This document shows, one piece after another, positions 47,595 to 57,829 of a stretch of 64,000 nt of DNA. The stretch is taken from positions 64,001 through 128,000 of the forward strand of contig JBGAHS010000009.1 of assembly GCA_044226015.1 (NCBI GenBank), written 5' to 3'. Every line of letters starts with the position of its first letter. Within the stretch, counting starts at the first letter, position 1. The DNA is from Candidatus Obscuribacteraceae bacterium (GTDB taxonomy: Bacteria > Cyanobacteriota > Vampirovibrionia > Obscuribacterales > Obscuribacteraceae). Under the pieces are notes generated by a model. The model saw nothing but the letters and a program-made list of their open reading frames with translations. It searched no databases and was not told the DNA's origin. The position numbers and the translations under genes are program-made.

Positions 47595-50500
47595 ATGACT
47601 GAAAATTTCACCAGCCGTGACAATAGTATTTTCGATTTCTTTGACGAGCAAACCTTGTCGAAGGGGCGAAGTTATTTTATGCAAAGCAGGGTGAAGTCTT
47701 GCGAGAGAATCGGTGACAAGCTCGTCTGTGGAATTGTTGAAGGTTCACAGAAATACTGGGTGATGCTGAATTTTGGTGACAGCCAGAGTGAGCTATCCAG
47801 CACCAGTTGCGAATGCCCTGTCATGACCACTTGCAAACACGCAGCTGCGTTGGCAATTGCGTTTGTTCAGGAAGCTAGTAATGGTTTTGGACCACGTCCA
47901 ATTAATCAGACAATGCGAAATCAACGTGCAAGACAAAGCAAAGAAAGACGTGGCGAGTTCGAGCCTAGCGAGTTGTTGCAAAAATCCCTTTACCGACTAT
48001 CTGATAGCAAATGGAAATTTGATGGTGATAAGTCAGTTACGCCAATCAATCCCAAAGATTTGCAAACAAGCAAAACTGCTCGTTTTGTGATTTATACCTT
48101 AAAGGAAAATGTGCAGTCTATAGTTCCAATCATTGGAATTCACAAGGTTGCAGCACTCAAAAACGGAGCTATGGGAAAACCGCAGGAAATTGACCTGCAG
48201 AAGTTCTTTTATCCGCAGAGTCTTCCCGATATGCTTAATATAGCTGATGAGGAAATCTCGCGCCTCTGGCGTTCTACGCTTGCTGACAGGCATTTCTTTT
48301 CGCCGATTGCACCTAATAATTTACTGTTTGATGAACCTGACTTGTTGAATTTGCTCCTCAGCAAAATAATCAAAACCGGTCGTTGTTTCATGGACGATTG
48401 CTTTGAAACGCCGTTAAAGTTGGGACCCGCTCTGCCTGCAAGTTTCTCATGGGTTGAGTATGAACCGGGGTGGCAAAAAATCCAGCTTACAGCTGGTTCT
48501 GGCGATGCCGTCTTTCCATGTTGGAAGTGGAAAACACCCTGGTATTACGACAAGAGTTCAAACACTTGTGGTCCCGCTCTAGTGCCTGCGTCATCGGACA
48601 TGATTGAGTCTATCTGGTGGCTGCCTCCGGTAGATGAAGCAGACTCGGAGTCATTGCAGATTGCTCTGCCTGATTTGGGTTTGGATAATCTAGTGCCAAA
48701 GCCAAAGTGCAAACGCAAAATCGAACTGCGAGTTGTTCGCCCTGAAATGAAAATGGAGTCAAAGGAACTCAAAGTTCTATATGAGTTTCCCTACTTGCAA
48801 AATCGTATTGCGAAATCCAAATCGAAGGTTAAGACGCTAATTGTTCGAAGCACCACGCCTGATGCCAGTAACACGAAAGAAGAAGACGGCGTCATCATAA
48901 AGGAAAAGTTTGACCATGCGTTTGAGATAAGAAACTTGGCTCAACTCGATGGGTTGGGATTTGTTCAGATACCCTCGTACAAAGTTGGTGAGCCTGAAGA
49001 TTCTCGTGTTTTTATGCCTGCCCGCGTCGATGCCTGGCTGAATTTATTTAACGCAATGGAGACGTTGAAATTTAGAGAAAATTGGGTGATTAATGAAGAC
49101 GCTAATATTCGCCCCATGGAGTTGGGTGAAGATCAGCTAGAGCTTAGAGTAAGAGAAGACGGAAATTGGTGGCTTTCGCTTGCGTTGAACATACAAATTG
49201 GCAAGCACAAAGTTCCACTTCTTCCTATTCTACTGGCTGCTATAAAATCATTACCTGACTGGGAGTCATACTCTAAAGAGTCCATCGAGACTTTGAATCG
49301 CCATGGCTCTTTTGTAAGTTATCTGGATGATGCAACACCCATCAGCATGCCATTTGATAGAATTCGCCCAATTCTGTACGCGTTGCATGATCTGCTCTTG
49401 CGCAAGAGAATTGATGATATTTCAGAGCTGCGCTTGTCTATTATGGATCTTGCGCTCGATGAGAATGCAGACAATTCATTCTGGAATTCGGCCGAGAGTT
49501 CGCGCGCTCTGCTTGAGCGCATCATGCAATTGCGCGTGCCTGACCTTCGATTGCCGCCTGAGAATTTGACTGCGGAACTTCGCCCATATCAGCAAGAAGG
49601 TTACTCATGGCTCAAGCGTCTAGCTGAACAACGATTTGGCGGCATTCTGGCTGACGATATGGGGCTCGGAAAAACAGTACAAATGCTTGCGTTCATTTGC
49701 TCAGAGAAAGAACTCGGTAAAATGACGAAACCCTTTCTGGTTGTCTGTCCAAAGAGTGTATTGCCGAATTGGTTGAGCGAATGCGAGCGTTTTGCCCCGT
49801 CGTTGAAGGTACTGGCGCTTCGAGGGCAAGACCGATTTAAGAACTATGATTTGATTGCGGAAGCCGACATTGTGGTGACCAATTACGCTTTGATATCTGC
49901 CGATATTGATTTGCTTGAACATCGTGGATGGCATGGAATCGTGCTGGACGAAGCTCAGGCGATAAAAAATCAAGGCACTAAGCTTGCGAAGAATGTGAGC
50001 AAACTAAAGGCTGATGTGAAATTTTGCCTTACGGGCACGCCTATCGAAAACAATCTAGGTGAGCTCTGGTCCCAATTTAACTTTCTGATGCCGGGCTTCC
50101 TAGGTGACTATAGTTTTTTCAAAGAAGCATTTAGGAAAGCTATAGAAGAAGAGATGAATGCAGAAGCACTCGCGCTTCTCTCTCGTCGCGTGAAACCATT
50201 TTTGCTGCGCCGCACCAAGGAAAACGTCGCGCAAGACTTGCCAGGCAAAAACGAAATGTATATACGTGTTGAACTTGAAGGCTTGCAGCGAGACCTGTAC
50301 GAGACGGTTCGTGTGGCTTCGTCGAAGAAAGTACTTGAGGAAATTGCTCGAAAGGGTTTCAAGCAGAGTCAGATTGTTTTGCTCGATGCGTTGCTGAAGC
50401 TGCGGCAAGTTTGTTGCGATCCTCGCCTGGTGAAGAAGCTCGAGGCTGCTAAGAAAGTGAAGGAGACTGCAAAGCTAGATGCTTTGATGGAAATGTTGCC

Positions 50501-51044
50501 GAGTCTGCTGTCTGAAGGACGAAAAGTACTTGTCTTTTCACAATTCACAAGCATGCTCGATTTAATTAAAGAAGAGTTGGATAAGGCTCAGATTGATTAT
50601 GCGGAGCTTCGAGGTTCCACCGAAAATAGAGAGGTTCCTGTTCAACGTTTTCAGTCTGGAGAGGTCTCACTCTTCCTTTTGAGTTTGAAAGCTGGTGGCA
50701 CAGGTATCAATCTTACGGCTGCGGATACGGTAATTCACTATGACCCTTGGTGGAACCCTGCCGTTGAGAACCAAGCCACAGATCGTGCTCATCGCATTGG
50801 GCAGGATAAGACAGTATTTGTTTATAAGCTTGTAGTAAAAGGCTCTATCGAAGAAAAAATAATGGAGCGACAAAAACGCAAAAAGGCTCTTGCTGATTCA
50901 ATTTACATTGATGGTGGTAGCAGCTCATTCTCTCTTGATGAGTCGGATATTGCCAGTCTGTTGAGTCCACTCGAATTTTACACTCGTGATATAAACCCTC
51001 TCGAACCACCAGCAGATGAATTAGATTCCGAATTTGGTGACTGA
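47595..51044 (+). CDS. SWIM zinc-finger SNF2-family helicase/ATPase
   Basis: CECP..CKHAAAL (SWIM), LRPYQ, ILADDMGLGKT, LDEAQ, LTGTPIEN, VFSQFTSML, SLKAGGTGINL, QATDRAHRIGQ. Confidence 0.96.
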   Translation: MTENFTSRDNSIFDFFDEQTLSKGRSYFMQSRVKSCERIGDKLVCGIVEGSQKYWVMLNFGDSQSELSSTSCECPVMTTCKHAAALAIAFVQEASNGFGPRPINQTMRNQRARQSKERRGEFEPSELLQKSLYRLSDSKWKFDGDKSVTPINPKDLQTSKTARFVIYTLKENVQSIVPIIGIHKVAALKNGAMGKPQEIDLQKFFYPQSLPDMLNIADEEISRLWRSTLADRHFFSPIAPNNLLFDEPDLLNLLLSKIIKTGRCFMDDCFETPLKLGPALPASFSWVEYEPGWQKIQLTAGSGDAVFPCWKWKTPWYYDKSSNTCGPALVPASSDMIESIWWLPPVDEADSESLQIALPDLGLDNLVPKPKCKRKIELRVVRPEMKMESKELKVLYEFPYLQNRIAKSKSKVKTLIVRSTTPDASNTKEEDGVIIKEKFDHAFEIRNLAQLDGLGFVQIPSYKVGEPEDSRVFMPARVDAWLNLFNAMETLKFRENWVINEDANIRPMELGEDQLELRVREDGNWWLSLALNIQIGKHKVPLLPILLAAIKSLPDWESYSKESIETLNRHGSFVSYLDDATPISMPFDRIRPILYALHDLLLRKRIDDISELRLSIMDLALDENADNSFWNSAESSRALLERIMQLRVPDLRLPPENLTAELRPYQQEGYSWLKRLAEQRFGGILADDMGLGKTVQMLAFICSEKELGKMTKPFLVVCPKSVLPNWLSECERFAPSLKVLALRGQDRFKNYDLIAEADIVVTNYALISADIDLLEHRGWHGIVLDEAQAIKNQGTKLAKNVSKLKADVKFCLTGTPIENNLGELWSQFNFLMPGFLGDYSFFKEAFRKAIEEEMNAEALALLSRRVKPFLLRRTKENVAQDLPGKNEMYIRVELEGLQRDLYETVRVASSKKVLEEIARKGFKQSQIVLLDALLKLRQVCCDPRLVKKLEAAKKVKETAKLDALMEMLPSLLSEGRKVLVFSQFTSMLDLIKEELDKAQIDYAELRGSTENREVPVQRFQSGEVSLFLLSLKAGGTGINLTAADTVIHYDPWWNPAVENQATDRAHRIGQDKTVFVYKLVVKGSIEEKIMERQKRKKALADSIYIDGGSSSFSLDESDIASLLSPLEFYTRDINPLEPPADELDSEFGD

Positions 51045-51155
51045 TTTCCATGTAGATTTCAGATTGTAGTATCAATGTTGCCAATCGCCTTTTTTTCTTG
51101 TTGATTTCGCGTGATTTTGAAATCCCACGGAAAGTAGTTAAATAGTGCTTCTTAT

Positions 51156-52166
51156 TTACTGCTTGTCGGCCAGTGACGCGACGACCTTGGACAAACCTAC
51201 AACAACGCGGGAGAAACTGGGATAAGTGAGCTTGTCCGGTGTGTCTTGCATGGTGTGGTAGTGCTGGTTGCGATATGGTGCGGTGTCCGTTATCATCACT
51301 GCCTGAATGCCGTTTTTCCAAAACCACAATTGATCTGACCAATCAACTCCGTTTACCCAGTTTGGCGCGCTAACCCCCTCTGACGGAAACTTGCATTCTT
51401 TCCTGAAGGTTCCAATTGCATTCTCAACTAACTGTCGTGAATCTTGGTTCCCCACAAAAGCGAGGAAGTTACCCGTAGTTGGGTAGCCTGGCGTAAAGTT
51501 TGCAGGATATGTCTGTGAGTTTGGAGCGTCAGTGTAAAAGCCTAATGTCTCTAGAACAAGCAGCCCTGCTATCTTCTCCTGATTCTTCACGCAGCGGTTT
51601 GCATAAAAATAGCTTCCCATTTCTGTGCTAGCAAAGTACGGAGGTTCTTCATTGCAGAAAAAAACAAATCGAATTGTTTTGTTGAATTTCTTGCCTGCGC
51701 ACAATCTTGCCAGTTCGATGACGCTAGCTACGCCGCTACCATTGTCGTTTGCTCCGATACTACCTGTCACAGAGTCGTAGTGTGCTCCGACCAGAAGTAC
51801 CTCATCCGAACTGCCCTTCAGCGTGCATTCTAAATTTCTGAAAGTTTGTTTGTCGACCTCGAATTCTTGTTCACTTGTTTTATAGCCATTCTCGGACATT
51901 GCACCTTTGATGTAATCGACACTCCTTCTCAGTGATTCCTCTGTGTTTCTCTGTCCGATGTCTCCCGCCAGAACCTGAATGTGTTTTCGCAGTCTATTCT
52001 CTGTATCCTTTTCAATATCGTCGAGAGAGCCAAATTCTCCTTTGTAAGAATTTCCCGGCATGTGAATTACCGAACCTAAGCTCACTCCAATGGCAATTAG
52101 AATTGCCAGCAAAATCAAGTCGAGGATCAGTCGTTTTTTTGTCATCTGAAACATGTTTTTCATCAT
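51156..52166 (-). CDS. M28-family metallopeptidase (YfbL-like), membrane-anchored
   Basis: VGAHYDS, GANDNGSGVA, NEEPP, LETLG, WSDQ, HYHTMQD, with an N-terminal TM. Confidence 0.9.
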   Translation of the reverse strand: MMKNMFQMTKKRLILDLILLAILIAIGVSLGSVIHMPGNSYKGEFGSLDDIEKDTENRLRKHIQVLAGDIGQRNTEESLRRSVDYIKGAMSENGYKTSEQEFEVDKQTFRNLECTLKGSSDEVLLVGAHYDSVTGSIGANDNGSGVASVIELARLCAGKKFNKTIRFVFFCNEEPPYFASTEMGSYFYANRCVKNQEKIAGLLVLETLGFYTDAPNSQTYPANFTPGYPTTGNFLAFVGNQDSRQLVENAIGTFRKECKFPSEGVSAPNWVNGVDWSDQLWFWKNGIQAVMITDTAPYRNQHYHTMQDTPDKLTYPSFSRVVVGLSKVVASLADKQ

Positions 52167-52284
52167 GTGCGGATTTTAACTCTCTGCTTGAGTTTTTAAT
52201 TATAAGCGCGATTGCACTTTTGGCGAAACAGTCCGCCGTGGACTTCGTGTGAGTTCGTATGCATGCTTTCTGAGCTTGTGGTGG

Positions 52285-52307
52285 ATAGTACCATTTGCTG
52301 GTACTAT
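52285..52307. promoter_or_regulatory. Palindromic operator upstream of hicAB
   Basis: Perfect inverted repeat ATAGTACCA-TTTGC-TGGTACTAT ending 6 nt before the hicA ATG. Confidence 0.75.
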
Positions 52308-52313
52308 GGTATT

Positions 52314-52570
52314 ATGAACAGTAAGCATCGAAAAACCTTGAAGCGGATATATTTTCCAAGCCAGTTAGCGGAAGCATTAGATGGTCTGATATTGAGGCTT
52401 TGCTTATGGATTTAGGTGCGGAGCTCTATGAACGTGAAGGCTCGAGGATCGGTGTTTTTCTGTTCTCAGAAATTAGAGTCTTTCATAGACCACACCAAAA
52501 TTCAAATACCGACAAGGGCGCAGTTGTAAGTGTTCGTAAATGGCTGGAAAGTCACGGAGTGAAACCATGA
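52314..52570 (+). pseudogene. hicA: HicA toxin, frameshifted
   Basis: MNSKHRKTLKRI is followed, after removing 2 nt from ATATAT (52347-52), by FSKPVSGSIRWSDIEALLMDLGAELYEREGSRIGVFLFSEIRVFHRPHQNSNTDKGAVVSVRKWLESHGVKP*, a full HicA with GSR and FHRPH. Confidence 0.88.
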
Positions 52571-52908
52571 ATAAGAATATTCTGGAAATTGATGGTCACA
52601 AGGCTGTTATCAGTTTTGATTCTGACCTTGCTATGTTTCGTGGGGAATTTTTGGGTCTAAACGGCGGTGCTGATTTTTATGCTGAGAGTGTGACTGGGTT
52701 AATTAAGGAGGGACGAAAATCACTTAAGGTATTTTTGGCGCTGTGTGAAGAAAAGGGACTTGCTCCTTTTCGCGAGTATTCTGGAAAGTTCAACGTTAGG
52801 CTTTCACCTTCTATTCATGAAGCGGCTGCCACTTATGCGGCAGCCGCGAACAAAAGTTTGAATGAATGGGTTTCTGATGCTATCGAACGAGCAATTGAAG
52901 CTGATTAG
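52567..52908 (+). CDS. hicB: HicB antitoxin (C-terminal ribbon-helix-helix)
   Basis: MNKNILEIDGHKAVISFD..FRGEFLGLNGGADFYA..YSGKFNVRLSPSIH..SLNEWV. ATGA overlap with the hicA stop. Confidence 0.93.
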   Translation: MNKNILEIDGHKAVISFDSDLAMFRGEFLGLNGGADFYAESVTGLIKEGRKSLKVFLALCEEKGLAPFREYSGKFNVRLSPSIHEAAATYAAAANKSLNEWVSDAIERAIEAD

Positions 52909-53155
52909 TCCTTGCATTTTTAGTCAATCCAGGGGAACCTATCAAGCTTTTTCTTTTCTATAATTTTCTTGAGCCATACATTGAAGCCGCAAACTCAAGT
53001 TCTTTGTTGCTCTCGGTGTCACGACTCTTCTGAAATGGAGCTTCAAAATTCATATTCTTGTCTCCTGCTTGAAACAAGAATATCCGCCAGTTCTGAAATT
53101 AGTTTGAGAGTACGTGTGACCTGACTGCGTGAGCTTTCTTCCCTGTAAGCACAGC

Positions 53156-53186
53156 AAAAGAGACGTTATTTTGTAACGTCTCTTTT
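53156..53186. terminator. Bidirectional-type intrinsic terminator after the usp gene
   Basis: AAAAGAGACGTTA-TTTTG-TAACGTCTCTTTT. Confidence 0.85.
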
Positions 53187-53206
53187 AGCTGCTGTTGCGG
53201 TGCTCC

Positions 53207-54163
53207 TTAGACTTTAGCTACTTCAGCATCTTCTTTTTGAGCTGCATTTTGAACTTCTATGCCAGGGCGAATAACGCTGACTGTGCATTTTGCTCTAGTG
53301 CAAACTGCTTGAGATACGCTGCCCATGAAGAAGCGATCAAATCCAGAGCGACCATGCGAACCGATGATGATCCACTGTACAGATTCTGTTTCTGCAAAAT
53401 GCAAGATCTCTCCTTTAGGATCACCGTAGACCTTTTCTCGGCGTATCTTGATATTTGGGAAATGCTCGCCAAGTTTCTTTTCGCAAAAGTCCATTAGCGT
53501 TGCCATATAACGTTCTTCGACTTGCTCAAGTTCCTCAAAATAGCTTGGAGGTATGCACGCGCCGTAGTCATAAACACGCAGGGTTGGCACTACATTCATT
53601 AAGACGATTTCTGTATTCTCGGGCAAAATATGGTGCTTTAGAAAAGAGATTTGTTCTTCGGCAAATTTCTTTTCGTCAATTGGAATGAGAACCTTCAGTT
53701 TCTCGAACTTAGCTTCAGTGTCCGTTGGTTTTATTATGGTGACTGAGGCGTTGGCTCGGTTGCAGACAGCTTGTGCGACGCTTCCTAAAAACACTTTGTC
53801 GAGCCCTGTGCGTCCATGCGAACTCAACACGATTAAATCAGGTTTGATTTCCTTTGTTTGATTGAGAATCTCGTGGCTCGGGTCTCCATACTCAACCACT
53901 TTGTGAATAGTGGCTTTTCGGAAAACACCTTTCACCCTTTTCTCGAGTTCATCAAGGAAGTTATGCGCAATTTTTCTGTCCTCTTGAATCAGGGTCTCAA
54001 AATAAGCGCGCGGGATTTTGTATCCGAAGTCTTGCAGCGATAGAGGCTTTACCACCGTCATGAGCCAGAATTCTGCATCTTTTGCAAATTCTTGTGCAGC
54101 AAGAAAGTCAATTTGCGTTTCTGCAAATTGTTTGTCTTCGACGGGTAGGAGTATTCTTTTCAT
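53207..54163 (-). CDS. Universal stress protein with two USP domains
   Basis: Two repeats of (R/K)(I/V)L(L/I)P(V/I)..GDP..EIL..(S/G)SHGR(T/S)G.D..F(L/M)GSV. Confidence 0.93.
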   Translation of the reverse strand: MKRILLPVEDKQFAETQIDFLAAQEFAKDAEFWLMTVVKPLSLQDFGYKIPRAYFETLIQEDRKIAHNFLDELEKRVKGVFRKATIHKVVEYGDPSHEILNQTKEIKPDLIVLSSHGRTGLDKVFLGSVAQAVCNRANASVTIIKPTDTEAKFEKLKVLIPIDEKKFAEEQISFLKHHILPENTEIVLMNVVPTLRVYDYGACIPPSYFEELEQVEERYMATLMDFCEKKLGEHFPNIKIRREKVYGDPKGEILHFAETESVQWIIIGSHGRSGFDRFFMGSVSQAVCTRAKCTVSVIRPGIEVQNAAQKEDAEVAKV

Positions 54164-54297
54164 GATGCAATCCTAAATGTAGTCATATAGAAAGCATGAC
54201 ATGGCGACGAATAGAATACATCGTCCGTGATATCAACCGGAAGAATGATTCGCTACTATAAGTCTAGTGCAGAATCTGCGACAAGCCCGCGTATAGC

Positions 54298-55767
54298 CTA
54301 GTTATGGGCTCCGTAGGGATACCACCACGTCTTCTTCTCACCAGCGAATTCCCAATGCACATGTTTCGTTTCTCTGAACTGGTCCAGCCCCTCTTGTCCT
54401 AGTTCGCGGGCACCACCAGACAGTTTCATGCCCCCGAATGGTCCTGCGTAGTTGTCCGTTAGAGGATCGTTGATCCACACGGTGCCGGCTTTTACTTCTT
54501 CAAAAAACAATTTTGCTTTTAGAGGGTCAGTGGTCAAAAGGCACGCGCCCAGTCCATAGTCACAATCATTTGTGTAAGCTATTGCCTCTTCGAAGCTGTC
54601 ATATTCCATGAGTGGAAGCACCGGTCCAAAGGTTTCTTCAGTCATCACCGTCATTTTATTGGACACATTTGTAAGAATAGTGGGCTCGTAAAAATATCCT
54701 TTTTTCAGTTTCTCGGGACGCTTTCCGCCCAGCAAAACCGTTGCTCCGGAAGCTTTTGCGTCTGCGACTTGCTTTTCGACTTTCTCTCTATAGCTGTCGC
54801 CAATCATGGGTCCGATATCGGTGCTCTCGTCCACGCCTGGACCTAGACGCAGTGTACTAACGTGGGCGACCAGTGCCTCCGTGAATTCCTTTGCGCGTTT
54901 GCGCGGTAGGTAAATTCGCTCAGAAGAAGTACATACCTGTCCGCAATTTGTCAATCCTGCATAAGCGAGCGCAGCAGCAGCCAATGCAGGGTCTGCATCA
55001 TCAGCAATGACAAACGCATCTTTGCCACCAAGTTCTAAATGCAGTTTCTTCATCATTGGTGCAGCAAGGCTGGCGATTCTCTGTCCGGTCGCAAGACTAC
55101 CTGTGAAAGCAATTATAGGAACTCGCTTGTCTGTAACCATGGGCTCAGCAACTTCTTTGCCGAATCCATTCACTATGTTGATCACCCCGGCTGGGAAATG
55201 ATCCCAACAGTTTTCTGCGAGATATAGCGTGGAAAGAGGAGTTAGTTCACTCGGCTTGATAATGACTGTGTTTCCAGCAGCAAGGGCTGGAGCGACTTTC
55301 CATGCCATCAACAGTAACGGATAGTTCCATGGAATTATGCAGGCGGCTACTCCGTAAGGCTCTTTGATAACGAGGTTTAACTGCGAATACTCACCCGACG
55401 GCAGCACTCTGCCTCTTTCGTGACGGCCGAGCTCCGCGTAGTAGTCAAATGTGTTGGTGAGCCATTCAAACTCCTCTTCGTTTTCAGGAACTGGCTTGCC
55501 TTGCTCTAGCGTGAGGAGGTGGACGATCTGGTCTTTGTGCGAACGCATTTTTGCAGCTGCTTCATGCATCATGTTTGCTCGAACATTAGCGGAAACCTTG
55601 CGCCATTGAACGAAGGCACTTGCAGCAACGTCTATAGCATGCATTGCATCCTCAGCTGTGCCTCTGGGTACGCTATCGATAAGTTCTTCTGTGGCAGGGT
55701 TCCAGACATCAATGGATGCTGTTGACTTACCTCTTGTGAATTCACCGTTGATGAAATGCTGCCTCAT
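54298..55767 (-). CDS. NAD(P)-dependent aldehyde dehydrogenase
   Basis: IIPWNYP, KPSELTP, FTGS, LELGGK, NCGQVC (catalytic Cys), EETFGP, PFGGMKLSG. Confidence 0.96.
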   Translation of the reverse strand: MRQHFINGEFTRGKSTASIDVWNPATEELIDSVPRGTAEDAMHAIDVAASAFVQWRKVSANVRANMMHEAAAKMRSHKDQIVHLLTLEQGKPVPENEEEFEWLTNTFDYYAELGRHERGRVLPSGEYSQLNLVIKEPYGVAACIIPWNYPLLLMAWKVAPALAAGNTVIIKPSELTPLSTLYLAENCWDHFPAGVINIVNGFGKEVAEPMVTDKRVPIIAFTGSLATGQRIASLAAPMMKKLHLELGGKDAFVIADDADPALAAAALAYAGLTNCGQVCTSSERIYLPRKRAKEFTEALVAHVSTLRLGPGVDESTDIGPMIGDSYREKVEKQVADAKASGATVLLGGKRPEKLKKGYFYEPTILTNVSNKMTVMTEETFGPVLPLMEYDSFEEAIAYTNDCDYGLGACLLTTDPLKAKLFFEEVKAGTVWINDPLTDNYAGPFGGMKLSGGARELGQEGLDQFRETKHVHWEFAGEKKTWWYPYGAHN

Positions 55768-55915
55768 CGAAACCTCCGGGCTTAGCTCTGTGTGCTTCAA
55801 CGGCTAAGTATGACGCTGAAGTTAAAAATTAGCATGAAGCTGATTTAGCCTTGCAAATTCAACCAATTGGAAAATATTTGCACGCTATGGGGAATGATAA
55901 GCACGGGGGTAAACC

Positions 55916-57775
55916 GTGTTTCAAGAAAACGATGTAATTGATGACCGTTATCGCATCATTTCCACTCTTGGAACTGGTGGGATGGGAACTGTTTTCAAAG
56001 CACAGCAACTAGACGTTTCTCGCATTGTCGCGATCAAGGTAATGCATGAGAGTGAGCTGCATGATGAGGAATCTCAGAAGCGCTTTTTTCGGGAGTGCAA
56101 GCTACTTTCGAAGTTGTCTCATTTCAACATTATGAACATCTATGGAATTACGCTAAGTTCAGATGGAGCACCGCTTGCTATTTGCGAGTATCTCGATGGC
56201 GTGACACTGCGTGCAGAGCTTCAGAAGGGACCTCTGGAATGGCGCAGGTCCGTGCGCATCGCGGTTCAGGTTTGCGATGCTATGAACTACGCGCACAACG
56301 AAGGAATATTGCATCGAGATTTGAAGCCAGAAAATTTGATGCTGCTTTCACTTCCTGAGCCAGACCATGTGAAGGTTATGGATTTTGGTTTGTCCAGGTT
56401 GCTTGATGTATCCAATTCTCAGAAGCTGACTAGAACTGGTTTATTGATTGGGTCACCTCATTACATGAGTCCGGAGCAAAGTCTCGGTAAGGCTGATAAT
56501 CGAAGCGATATTTATGCCCTGGCTTGTATTGTTTTTGAGATGTTAACAGGGGAGAAGCTGTTCGATGCGGACACTGCCATTGGTGTCATGTATTTGCAGG
56601 CAAATGCTAGCGCTGCAGACAGGCTTAAGCTGGTAAAAAATGGTCCGGTCAGTTTGATTGGCTGTCTCCAAAAGGCTCTAGAGAAAGATGCTCTAAAGCG
56701 TTATCAAAGCATGGAGGAGTTTGGCACGGCGTTGCAGGCTAGCATGGTCGATAAACCGCTTCCAAGGCAATCGAGTCATTCGAGTGTTTATCGGCGAATC
56801 ATATTAGGTAGTCTTTTTTGCCTGGTTATAGTTGGTTTTGTTGTTCTTTTGAACAAGACGAGTTCTCAAAATGTGAAAGTAACATCCCATCAAGGTCCAA
56901 TAATCCCTGTAAAAGGGATGACAGCTAAATCACTATGCCTGCTCGCTGCACGAGCTGCTGCTGCTGGAGATACTTTGCAGGCAATCAATCGTTATAGGGA
57001 AGCAATTTATAAATCTCAGAAAGAACCTTTGAGTGGCGTTAAGACCTACGAGCTGCACATGAAGTGCGCAGCGCTCTACGCCAAGCAAAAAATGCATCAG
57101 AATGCCACCCAAGAGGTATTATTGGCGCTCAGGGATAATGAATCTATACCAGAAGGCATAGATTTCGTAATTGATGGATTGAAATTTGAGCCTGATGAAA
57201 GTGATGTTTACATATTGCAGAATGCTGCTCTGCGACGGCTCGATAATAAAGATTCCATGGAACGTTGTGGCGAGTTCTTGCCATTCTCAGGAAATTTTGC
57301 AGATCTCTCCAGAAGCTTATTCGCAAGCAAGCGATTTGTGGATGTGTTGAAACTCTCAACAAGCGAGCTTTTCACTTTGTTAAACGCAGATGATCAATGG
57401 GTGTTGCGGCTTCTAGCGAACTACTCTTTAGCATTTTTGGGCAAGGACTCTTCCGGGAAGGCTCTGAATAAGACTACTGAATGTTTGTACCGAATTAACA
57501 GCAAGCCGGGTGGAGAGTTTGGCGAGTTCTTCGTTGTCCGGCATTACCTTGATGGAATCTACTGCATCGACATGTTAGTCGAGATGAATGAATTTGAGTT
57601 GGCGAAAAAGCAGTACAATCTGCTACAAACAAAACTAGCTGATGCCGAGCGCACGCATTTGCTTTCAGAGCACTATATTTCTCTGATTAGAACGGAAATG
57701 GACGCTCATGAGCCTGACGAGAAAGCTGTAGGCAAAAGACGAAAACATACAGCCTTATTTATGGAGAGAAAATAG
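55916..57775 (+). CDS. Hanks-type Ser/Thr protein kinase with TM and a helical (TPR-like) C-terminal region
   Basis: LGTGGMGTV, VAIK, HRDLKPEN, DFG, GSPHYMSPEQ, SDIYAL, and TM IILGSLFCLVIVGFVVLL. Confidence 0.95.
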   Translation: MFQENDVIDDRYRIISTLGTGGMGTVFKAQQLDVSRIVAIKVMHESELHDEESQKRFFRECKLLSKLSHFNIMNIYGITLSSDGAPLAICEYLDGVTLRAELQKGPLEWRRSVRIAVQVCDAMNYAHNEGILHRDLKPENLMLLSLPEPDHVKVMDFGLSRLLDVSNSQKLTRTGLLIGSPHYMSPEQSLGKADNRSDIYALACIVFEMLTGEKLFDADTAIGVMYLQANASAADRLKLVKNGPVSLIGCLQKALEKDALKRYQSMEEFGTALQASMVDKPLPRQSSHSSVYRRIILGSLFCLVIVGFVVLLNKTSSQNVKVTSHQGPIIPVKGMTAKSLCLLAARAAAAGDTLQAINRYREAIYKSQKEPLSGVKTYELHMKCAALYAKQKMHQNATQEVLLALRDNESIPEGIDFVIDGLKFEPDESDVYILQNAALRRLDNKDSMERCGEFLPFSGNFADLSRSLFASKRFVDVLKLSTSELFTLLNADDQWVLRLLANYSLAFLGKDSSGKALNKTTECLYRINSKPGGEFGEFFVVRHYLDGIYCIDMLVEMNEFELAKKQYNLLQTKLADAERTHLLSEHYISLIRTEMDAHEPDEKAVGKRRKHTALFMERK

Positions 57776-57829
57776 AATTAGCTTGCTAGAATCTATCTAG
57801 TTCCGTTGTGATTTCTTTTTGGATGTTAA

